A stretch of DNA of 64,000 bases, taken from assembly GCF_006345805.1 (NCBI RefSeq), contig NC_043003.1:5146001-5210000 (forward strand). Reading direction: 5' to 3'. The notes below the pieces were generated by a model. That model had not been told where the DNA came from. It worked only from the letters and a program-made list of their open reading frames with translations, and searched no databases. The stretch is from Octopus sinensis (taxonomy: Eukaryota). The position numbers and the translations under genes are program-made. Of the stretch, positions 53,568 to 64,000 are shown piece by piece (positions within the stretch are counted from its first letter, which is position 1; every line of letters starts with the position of its first letter).

Positions 53568-55439
53568 ATATATATATATGTATGTCTGCTTGTATTGATA
53601 ATCTGGTGTATGTCTTTAGTATTTATGTATGTAGTGTATACCATAAGTGAATTTAGACGTGTCTTCGTCAACAATCGTCTCATGAATGAATCTTAAATTT
53701 CAAGTATGGCTATGAGTGGAACTTGACGTCTAAGTATGAGCATCAGTGGAACTTTGAGACCAAATATCCCAATGAGCAAATACCTAAACTGTTTGTTCTA
53801 AACGTTTACCTAATTACAAACCTCCCACTGATGATCATCGCTAGATTTTAAGTAACGAAGTACAAAGGGAAAGGACAGAAAGTTAAAGACTGCTACAGTT
53901 GGAGAAACGTATCATATTTATTACCCTTCGATTCACTCCATGAAATCTTCTTTGGAGAAACTTGGAGAGAGAGACCATCAAAGTTTATCGACAAAATAAC
54001 ATTATAATTCACGTTGAGTATAAATTGCTATGACTTGAGGACGTCTTTGTTAGAAATATAATCAGGATAAATAATTTTGTTTTGATTTTTTTTACGTGAA
54101 ATTTGTTCCGATTTTGTGTTATTAATTGAGACATGTTCGGAATGAATAATTACTGCATAAACAAAAGTCACAAAGCCAAAAACAACTGTCTCGCTACAAC
54201 CACCACTACTACAACTACTACTACTACTATCATTATTATTATTAATATAGAAACAATGTGACAAAATTTAAAATAGATTTTGTTTTAAACAGTTATGATG
54301 AACTGTTCACAATTTTGATAAATGTAGTTTTAAAATTTACATCAAATAATAGCATTATTGATTTCGTTTCTTATAAATTCAGGGAAAAAAATGTATTATA
54401 TTATTATGTGAAGGAAACAAAATATAATTTTTTTTTGTTTTCGTGTACTTTTTTTTATTTGAAAATGTTGCTGGTGTTTCTGGGTTTTCTTTCAACTTGG
54501 CAAAAAATCGACAATTTCTTGATTAAATATTTGAACAAGGTGAAAAGTCTTCAAGATAAACAGAAAATGGCCTCTTACTGAATTTTGCGTTTCGTCGGAA
54601 GATTCTGGCGTTAGTTGTCACCTTTGATACTAAAGAGACTTTCCAATATTCGGTAAAACTATTATTAAATGAAATATTGTTAATGGTTTAAGAAAAAAGA
54701 AAACAGCCAAAGAATTTGTAATATAACGAAGGAAAACAAAACAAGCAAAAACAAAATAAGCAAAAGCAAAAAAATGAAAACATTCTTTAGACCAGAAGAT
54801 AATTTAAAAAGTTTTCAGTTGAAAAAAAAAACAATAACAAAACCAAGCACCATTTGCCCACTACATAATACAACTTCCTCTAAACTAATTGAAAAGTATT
54901 CAACTTCTTTCTTTACAATAACTGATTACATCCGCTAAAAGGAAGTTGGAAAAAAGACAGCCGCCATTAAGAGATGGTAATAACGGGGAGAGTTGTGAGT
55001 GAGTGTGTTGCAAATATTGGCTCGAAAAATGACTTATGTTGCTATCGATGTGATCAAGAAGGATTAGTAGCAACAATAACAATACGTTGCTAATCTATCA
55101 GTTATGACAACCGATCGAAGGCGTTGACTATACAGAATATCGAACCAACGTCGGCGAGGTGTTCGCCGTCTCTTCGCCTCATAGAACAAGCAACTAAATG
55201 TCCCTCAAACCATAAACCTAATGTCTTATATATATATATATATATATAATATATATATATATATTATATATATATATATATATTATATATATATATATGT
55301 ATTATAATATATATGTATATATATTATGTGTGGTGTGTGTTGTATGTAAATATATATATATGAATATTATGTATATATCTATATATATATATTATATATA
55401 TATATATAATATGAAAGTTATATATATTATATATCTATC

Positions 55440-55477
<38 letters not shown>

Positions 55478-55583
55478 TGCTATATATATTATATATCTAT
55501 ATATATATATATATATGAATTATTCTATATCATATATGTATATATATATATATGAATGTTATGTATATTATATATCTAATCTA

Positions 55584-55614
<31 letters not shown>

Positions 55615-55670
55615 TATATATATATATGAATGTTATGTATATATATATATATTGCGAAAACAGGTTGGCT

Positions 55671-55739
55671 GTGACTTCGACGTTTCAGCTTGCTCGCCTT
55701 CATCAGGGGAACACGAGGAAGCCGAAACTTCGAAGTCAC
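55671..55739 (-). ncRNA. Hammerhead core at an inverted junction (family G), stem I broken
   Basis: Minus strand CUGAUGA A GGC-GAGCAA-GCU GAAA CG UC; arms 55671-55691 and 55719-55739 are inverted, 19/21. Confidence 0.5.
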
Positions 55740-56113
55740 TTTCACAGCGTCTGCTTGTAATATTTTTAATACACATGGCTTCTTCTAAAGCGTATTGAAT
55801 AATACTTCAGCTTCATTTATATTACTTTGGATTTCACCTCTGATTTGCCTTCTAACCTGTAACCGTAGTCGCAGAAATAGGCGAAATAAATTTCCCAAGC
55901 GTACAGGAAGCTCCTATCATTTTTCACAAACCCTTAGGGAAAGCACATCTAGGACAAAAATACTCTGGCCTAAGATTTGCACTCAAAATATAGTATCAGT
56001 AACCTTGTAATGCTTTTCACTTGAAGCTACTACAGCGACCGAATAAGTGACAAAAGTATTGTACAAGATTTTGTCCTTTAAATGTGTATTTGTATATATA
56101 AATGTATAATATA

Positions 56114-56254
56114 TACGACGGGCTTCTTTCAGTTTCCGTCTACCAAATCCACTTGCAACGTTTTGTTCGGCCTGGCGCTATAGAAGAGGACACGTGCCCA
56201 AGGTGCCATTTCGTTAGTAAGCAAGCTGCTTACTACACAGCCACTCCTGCGCCT
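56114..56254 (-). mobile_element. SINE family A, 5' half
   Basis: Homology to the head region of 61893. Confidence 0.8.
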
Positions 56255-56574
56255 TCACAGACAATTTTTACTGGCCTGCGAAGCAAAACCAGAATTACCA
56301 GTCAGAGGAATTCACATGAGTGACTAACAGTTACAGGCGTTAGATACTGATCGATAGTGAATAGCCGTAGACTGGAACTTTACTGCGAAACACCACGGTA
56401 TCTGTCCGCATAATATATCCCTCCAAGCTCACATTTATACCACGACTGCGTATGTCAACAGGTTGCCCAAACTGCGCCAGTGCTCTTCTCAACACTTAAA
56501 CACACTCATTTATACATATTAGTCCAAAATATCAATTATTGATTATGTGTATGTATACATGTATGTATGTATAT

Positions 56575-56765
56575 ATATGATCAGCCGCTAGCCACTAATG
56601 CCTCCTTATTCTCTCTGTTTATTTTATTTTCTCGTGTTCTTTTCTGTTGAAGAGCATAAGCTCGAAACGTAAGAGTGTTTCTCACCTTCCCGAGCGTTAA
56701 ACTAATATACCTGTTTGTTGTTTACACACTTGTCTTCGTCTTTTGTTGTCTTGTAAATTACAACT
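56575..56765 (+). mobile_element. PLE pLTR-like repeat family A, diverged
   Basis: CUGUUGA A GAGC-AUAA-GCUC GAAA CG UA at 56644-56671. Confidence 0.75.
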
Positions 56766-57034
56766 ATATATATATATATATATATATATCAATATAGGGT
56801 AGCCAAAAATTCAAGAAAAAATTCAAGAAAAATTTTCTGCAACCAGCGGTCAAGTGAGAAAATAGAAATAGTCACAGACTATATAATATATTCAACAATA
56901 TATTAAGGAAAGACCCTTACAGGTCATTCGACTCACTTGAAAAGAGCAGCCAAAACTCAAACCGCAAAAATAGTAGTAATTCTGAAAGCTAAAGGAGAAA
57001 TGAAAACGTTTATCCTTTTCAACTTTGTACCCTG

Positions 57035-57036
<2 letters not shown>

Positions 57037-57130
<94 letters not shown>
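57037..57130. repeat. (GA)n microsatellite
   Basis: Direct reading. Confidence 0.95.
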
Positions 57131-57131
<1 letters not shown>

Positions 57132-57357
57132 CATGTATATGTGTGTATACAGACAAACCCTCTCACACACACACAAATAAATATATATGAGAGTGTGGGA
57201 AGGAACCTCTTTTGCAATCACACGATTTCTGGTTCAGTTCTGCGGCACAGGTCTTTGGGCAAGAGACATCTCAGTGCGGCTGACATGTTGTCAAGTGAGC
57301 ATGAACATGTCTGCTGTTTAACATGTATATATAAATATATATATATATATATAATTC

Positions 57358-57393
<36 letters not shown>

Positions 57394-57713
57394 ATTATCA
57401 TACATAAGTGTGTCTTTGGGCATGTGTTTATCACCCACTCTTCGGTTTTAAAATCGGTGTTAGTTCATTTACATCCTTGTACGTTAGCGGTTTGGTAAAG
57501 AGACTGAGAAAATAAAGATAGGACTTAAGTATTTCGGGTAACTTCTTCGACTAAATCTTTCGAAGCGGTGCCCCGTTATCGCCACGGTTTAGTGAATTGA
57601 AACTAGTAAAAGGAAAAGATATGTATGTATACATCTATGTGCATGTGTGTGTATATAGATATGCCTGTGTACACCCCCCCCACACAATCACATACGCATA
57701 ACATTTTGCCTCA

Positions 57714-57830
57714 TTTTCCACTTCCCTGTAACTCATCGATAAACAAAATGTGTTGCAAACCTGTTCTCCCACAAAACTAATGACATTCGCAGAGATTTTG
57801 CAGTCTTTTAGCTTTAATACCATTTTTCCT
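57714..57830 (+). repeat. 117 bp dispersed repeat identical to 21107-21223
   Basis: Base-by-base comparison. Confidence 0.9.
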
Positions 57831-57943
57831 CAGTCATGCAATAATATAAGTAAACTATATGCATACATACATACATATATGTACGTACCTACATCTACAT
57901 GTATATATACATGCATATATAAATATATATACGTGAGTACAGG

Positions 57944-57998
<55 letters not shown>

Positions 57999-58326
57999 AA
58001 GAGAGAGAGAGAGAGATACACACACGCACACAAACACTAACACATATATGAATGTGTATGTATATATATTTATATATATATAAATACATACACACACATA
58101 TACATTTATATATATGTGTGTATGTGTATCACAAAAGATGTTACAAAGAGAAGATGAGTAATATAGATCGTCTGTGTACGTAACTGATATTATAACTATT
58201 AAGGTGTGTAGCTATATATGTTTAACATGTGAATCAACACGCCAACTACAGACATTTAATTTTATCAATCTATCTGTCTCTCTGTCTGTCCAATTATCTA
58301 TATATGTATTTGTTAGTCTGTCTGTT

Positions 58327-58361
<35 letters not shown>

Positions 58362-59322
58362 AGATAGATACGTACATATACACATACACACACATACTCA
58401 CAAACATGCATACGTATGGATAGATATTGTGAGTAATTACTTTCAAAATTATTGTGTGTGTGTAAGCGTGAAATGTGTGTGTGAAAGGGAGAGAGACAGC
58501 CAGCGAGACAGACAGACAGACTAATTTTGAGAGAGAAATTTATCTGCATATAAAATCTCTCTCTCTCTCTTTATATATATATATATACGCTTTTTTTTTT
58601 ATTAAAGCTGTAAAATTATCACAGAACTGGAGTTTTAATATAAATTGGCATATCAGTCTACGTTTGGTATTCGGGTACTGTGCTTTCCACCCTGTTCTGC
58701 ACTCATGCGGTCATTCAAAGATTTACAATTTAGGATTGTGATAAACCATAACTTGGGACCCTACCAAAAGATTACTTGGAGTTCTTCGCTAATCTCAGTA
58801 ATAGTGCTACACAGCAGAAGGCTTAGAAATATTTGGCCCAGATTGATAATCCCTCAATACATATATAAAAATGTGTGTGTGTGTGTGCGCGCGCACGTGT
58901 GTGGTAAAGTGTATTTGTCAACATAACATGGAAGTCCTGACTGTATATATATATATATATATATATATCAGCCGAAACTACGAGGATGATCCGGTTCTTG
59001 ACTGAAGATTGAAGCCTTCGAATGTCCCGTCCGTGTTTTTTGTATCGTCTTCTAAAAGTTTTACGTTCTTGTCCCAGTTTGTATTTTTCTACATATAATA
59101 TATATATATATATAATATATATATATATAAACATGCAAAAATTTACAAATTTTGATACATCCATACATTATATATGTGTATACATGTATATATTTATATA
59201 TGTACTATGAGAGTGTGTATATATATATTCGCATATGTACATACATATATGTGTTCATATCGCTGCAGTAAGAAGTTTTCTCCCCTACTATTGCTGTGTA
59301 AATACACACACATACACATTTC

Positions 59323-59359
<37 letters not shown>

Positions 59360-59611
59360 TATATACACATGTAGTATTATCAAATGGCCACAGGATTTTG
59401 GTAGTCTTACTGTTTATAGATGCAACCGTCCTATTGCTGCAACACATCTCAATCCCGCGCTTTGGACGCGAGCAGGAAATTTGAGAAGTCAGTCAGACAT
59501 TGAACTTCGCCCCTATCAATATTTTACATGTGTTGAGTACTTCATTTTGTTTTTGACGACACTTGCAAATTCATAAACATTCACACACACACACATGAAT
59601 GCTGAAATTTA

Positions 59612-59930
59612 AGGGTGCCTGGCTTAGTGATTTGTGCATTCGTCTCCCGATCGTCAGGTCATGAGTTCAATTGTCGGCGACGCGTTGTGTCCTTGAACAA
59701 TACACTTTATTTCACGTTGCTCCAGTCCAAATACCTGACAAAAATGAGTAGTACTTGTATTTCAAAGGGGCCAGCCTTGCCACACTCGTGTCAAGCTGAA
59801 TCTCCTTGTGAACTACGTTAAGGGTACATATGTCTGTGGAATGCTCAGCCACTTGCACGTTAATTTCACGAGCAGGCTGTTCCGTTGTTCTTATCAGCTG
59901 GGCCCCTCATCGTTGTAACCGACAGAGTGC
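59612..59930 (+). mobile_element. tRNA-derived SINE with CORE-like central domain
   Basis: Degenerate A and B boxes (TGGCTTAGTGA, GAGTTCAATTG) followed by TGTGTCCTTGAACAATACACTTTATTTCAC. Confidence 0.65.
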
Positions 59931-59998
59931 TAATATGTATACTATTTATGCTAATATGTATACATACAGGTCTCTATGTACTTATTAGTGAGTGTTTG

Positions 59999-60281
59999 TA
60001 TACCCACATATATGTGTGTATATGTATCTATATATCTATTAGTATGTATATATATATATATATATATATATACTAATAGATATATAGATACATATACACA
60101 CATATATGTGGGTATATATATATATACAAAAGATTATGATACATATACAAACAAGTACACGTATATGTGGGTATATATATATATATACTAATAGATATAT
60201 AGATACATATACACACATATGTGGTATATATATATATATAACACTATAGATATCTAGATATATATACACACATATATGTTG

Positions 60282-60290
<9 letters not shown>
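59999..60290. repeat. Perfect 46 bp inverted repeat around (TA)n, followed by direct copies of the right arm
   Basis: 59999-60044 is the exact reverse complement of 60071-60116; further copies near 60186 and 60242. Confidence 0.9.
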
Positions 60291-60316
<26 letters not shown>

Positions 60317-60544
60317 CAAGAGTGAGAGAGAGGGAGGGGTGTCGAGATGGGGAACATAGTTTTCTCGGAGTTACATTAACATGTCAATAATTATGTTTAC
60401 TTATGTCAGAAACTTAGAAAATGTACTTTAATGACAATTATTAAAGAAACAGCTTTTAGTCACAACTTTTCAAATTGAATTAGTGAAGTAAACGACACTA
60501 ACTGTGCAAATGTACCGCGTGCAGATATGTGTATGCGTACATAT

Positions 60545-60580
<36 letters not shown>

Positions 60581-60796
60581 TGTGTGTGTGTGTGTGTAAC
60601 GAGCGCTCAGGGAAAGTAAATAAGACTAGACGTCTGCAGTTGATGGATTGATTATTCTGTTCAGTTGAATGGTGTTTGTAAGTGTGTGTGTGGTTTTGAG
60701 TGTTTGCGCCTGTTTGGGTGTGTATGTGTTTGTGTTTTGTTGTGGGTAGTTTGTTTGGACATACACCTGTAAGTTTTTACAATCAGACAAAAGTGC

Positions 60797-60840
<44 letters not shown>

Positions 60841-61013
60841 ATATTTGGATGTAGACGTATGTGTCAATTGAGAGACACAGATATACTCATGGTTACCTAC
60901 TTTTATGTCTGATTATAAAAACGTAAATATGTATGTCCAAAACAAACATGCGCATATATATATATATTTTTTTTTTTTTTTTCATATATATATATTCATA
61001 TATATATATATTC

Positions 61014-61053
<40 letters not shown>

Positions 61054-61249
61054 ATATCATATATATATATATATATACATACTTTATATATGTACATACA
61101 TTTATATATTTATATATATATATACGTTTATATATATACACATATACACACACGTATATATACACATATATTTATGTATTCATATATATATATATACATG
61201 TCAACATTCATATGTGTATAAAATACATACATATGTAGTGAGAGTGAGG

Positions 61250-61250
<1 letters not shown>

Positions 61251-61316
<66 letters not shown>
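61251..61316. repeat. (GATA)n microsatellite
   Basis: Direct reading. Confidence 0.95.
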
Positions 61317-61317
<1 letters not shown>

Positions 61318-61892
61318 AGTGAAAGGAATGCATATTCAGATATAATAGAATTACGTCTGAATACTCATTCAACAAGATTTCATTAATTTGTTACTCCGAG
61401 TTTTGAGTGAACATTAAGACTAATTATATTATAAATTACATTTAAATACTTATATATGGATGAAAACTAAGTCTATATCTGCAATGATTATAAAAGTTCA
61501 AATCTCACGTTTTAAAGTTTAATAGTGCATTATATAAGGATTTTAGAAGGAAGATAGCTGTAAATATATAAATGTTAATGATTATAATTATTTTAAATAT
61601 ATATATAAGATTAAAGTAAAGAATAAAAGGAAGAGAGGGGGAAGAGAGAGACATAAGAAGGAATAAAGAGATGGAAATGCGGAAGTTGAAAAGAAAGGAA
61701 AAGGAAAAGATAATATACAGGGAATGTGGCATGGGTAGGAGGAGGAGGAGATGAAGGAGAAGAAGAAGAGGAGGAGGAGAGGATATGGGCCACTAACAAA
61801 TCTCTAGATATCAACACATTATCGCGTATAAATGAAGAATATACGGTGAGGATACGGGAAAAGTGTACACAAAACACACATACATATACATA

Positions 61893-62314
61893 GGCGTAGG
61901 AGTGGCTGTGTGGTAAGTAGCTTGCTTACCAACCACATGGTTCCTGGTTCAGTCCCACTGCGTGGCACCTTGGGAAAGTGTCTTCTACTATAGCCTCGGG
62001 CCGACCAATGCCTTGTGAGTGGATTTGGTAGACGGAAACTGAAAGAAGCCCGTCGTATATATGTATATATATATATATATATATATGCGTGTGTGTGTTT
62101 ATGTGTCTGTGTTTGTCCCACTAGCATTGCTTGACAACCGATGCTGGTGTGTTTACGTCCCCGTTACTTAGCGGTTCGGCAAAAAAGACCGATAGAATAA
62201 GTACTGGGCTTACAAAAGAATAAGTCCCGGGGTCGAGTTGCTCGATTAAAGGCGGTGCTCCAGCATGGCCGCAGTCAAATGACTGAAACAAGTAAAAGAG
62301 AGTAAAAGAGAGTA
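61893..62314 (+). mobile_element. tRNA-derived SINE family A, full length
   Basis: GGCGTAGGAGTGGCTGTGTGGTAAG head, internal microsatellite, AGTAAAAGAG tail repeats. Confidence 0.9.
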
Positions 62315-62939
62315 TACACAAAATACACATATACACACAGACAGAAATACATACAGACACAAAGACATTCGTATGTGTGGCTGAGAATTAAAATATATAT
62401 AAGAAGAAAAAACACGCCTGAATGTAGGTGGATGTCGCGAGATGGAAGAGAGAAAGTTGTGTTAGAAGGACAGAGAAGGGGGAGGTGGGGGAATAGATTG
62501 ATATGAGTTCTAATAGGAGAAAGAGAGAGAGGAGAGAAAGGAGAGAGTGAGATGGGAGAGTGATGCAAACATGAGTGAGGAAAAGAATCGAAGAATCAGT
62601 GGATGCAAAATAGTGAAAGGTGCAAGCAGGGATATCGATATTACACCAGCAGTAGCAGCAACGGGAAGACTACTGATCATACTACTACTGCCACTACTAC
62701 AATTACTACTATTACTTCTACTACCACCACCACCTCCACTACTATTAATGCAATTACTACTACTACCATCACCACTACCATCAATACTACATCTACTACT
62801 ACTACCACTACCATCACCACCACCATCACTACTACTACTACTACCATCACCACCATCACTACTACTACTTTACTACAACAACAACAACTACTACTATCAT
62901 GAAAGAAAGGGAGAAATTGATAAATATTGAGCTCTGAGA

Positions 62940-63105
62940 ATTGAGATCGCCAAGATGAGGCAGCTGAGAGAGTCAAATATAAAGGTTGTCCCTGTTGTCA
63001 TCGAAGCATTGGGTTCAATACGACGACCCAACATGAAAAAATATTTGGAAACTTCAGAAATACCCTACAATCGGTTTTACTTGGAACTGCGCGCATTCTG
63101 CGTAA
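62940..63105 (+). mobile_element. R4/Dong-like RLE LINE small 3' fragment
   Basis: IKVVPVVIEALGSI matches the VVPxVIGALG motif. Confidence 0.55.
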
Positions 63106-63153
63106 AGTACGTCAGTTTGAGGTCCTTGCTGTACTTTGAAAGATATTACAAAA

Positions 63154-63348
63154 GGCGGCGAGCTGACAGAAGCGTTAGCACGCCGGGCGAAATGAGCAGC
63201 CGTATTTCGTCTGCAGTATTTCGACTTTGCCTTTCATCCTTTCGGGGTCGATAAATTAAGTACCAGTTACGCACTGGGGTCGATGTAATCGACTTAATCC
63301 TTTTGTCTGTCCTCTCTGTGTTTAGCCCCTTGTGGGCAGTAAAGAAAT
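63154..63348 (+). mobile_element. SINE family B with target-site duplication
   Basis: 13 bp TSD AGATATTACAAAA at 63141-63153 and 63349-63361. Confidence 0.95.
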
Positions 63349-63619
63349 AGATATTACAAAACCCCCGCTACACACCGTTTCTTTCATCTATAACATCACA
63401 ATATCGACTATTGTGCCGCGTCTTCAATAATAATAATGATAATTAATTAATTTGGGGGTGGGGGAAAGGCTGCGTGATTACAGAGACCGTCAGGCATAGC
63501 TGTTCCTTATTTCATCGACCACAAGAGGAAAAAAAAGTGAAGTCGACTTTGGCAGAATTTGAACGCAGGATGTAGTGATGGGTGGAATAAAGCGAAGCCT
63601 TTGCCAACACGCCGCCTTC

Positions 63620-63682
<63 letters not shown>

Positions 63683-63746
63683 AAGAAGAAGAAGAAGAAG
63701 AAGAAGAAGAAGAAGAAGAAGAAGAAGAAGAAGAAGAAGAAGAAGA
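63620..63746. repeat. (AAT)n-(AAG)n compound microsatellite
   Basis: Direct reading. Confidence 0.95.
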
Positions 63747-63794
63747 GGAGTAGGAAGAAGAAGAAGAAGAAATTACTTGATGCTCTACCAAGCG

Positions 63795-64000
63795 GAGACT
63801 CTCGTGGTTTCTCATCTGATTTGAAATGTTATCATGTACATGTTTTGTCTTGGTATAAAAGATGGGCTACAGCAAATATTCTGCTCCATACCACAAATTT
63901 GCTTGTCAGTTGTTTGACCGTAACCAGTTGAGTATGTCCTTTAATGTCAGATGGTATGGTCCACGAGTAGAATTAGTGGGGGGATTATCATAGCCCAGTG
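63795..64000 (+). mobile_element. Dispersed repeat homologous to 42490-42730
   Basis: Shared ACAGCAAATATTCTGCTC and TTGTCAGT.GTTTGACC; runs off the window end. Confidence 0.65.

Noticed and set aside
58968-59030. GAAACUA...CUGAAGA arrangement as a permuted hammerhead
   Set aside because: No consistent stem II or III and the first stem I pair is mismatched.

Overview
This is AT-rich, microsatellite-saturated animal DNA, most likely octopus or another coleoid cephalopod. That assignment is an inference from recognisable octopus-type tRNA-derived SINE families and was not checked against a database. I find no supportable host protein-coding exon, rRNA, functional tRNA or CRISPR array. Almost every ORF in the track is either translated (TA)n/(CA)n/trinucleotide repeat or a broken retroelement frame. 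The window is a transposon graveyard: at least 4 tRNA-headed SINE families, relics of RTE, CR1, R4/Dong (RLE) and Penelope retroelements, a mariner deletion derivative and MITEs. The most interesting signal is RNA-structural. Six different short repeat families each carry a type I hammerhead ribozyme fold (about a dozen copies). They include a U3-A8 compensated core, an A6U variant family, an intact monomeric copy and a tRNA-SINE/hammerhead chimera. There is also a set of near-perfect long inverted repeats (46-110 bp arms), one made of two head-to-head RTE-like 5' leaders with a cUUCGg hairpin. All folds were done by eye and no activity is demonstrated.
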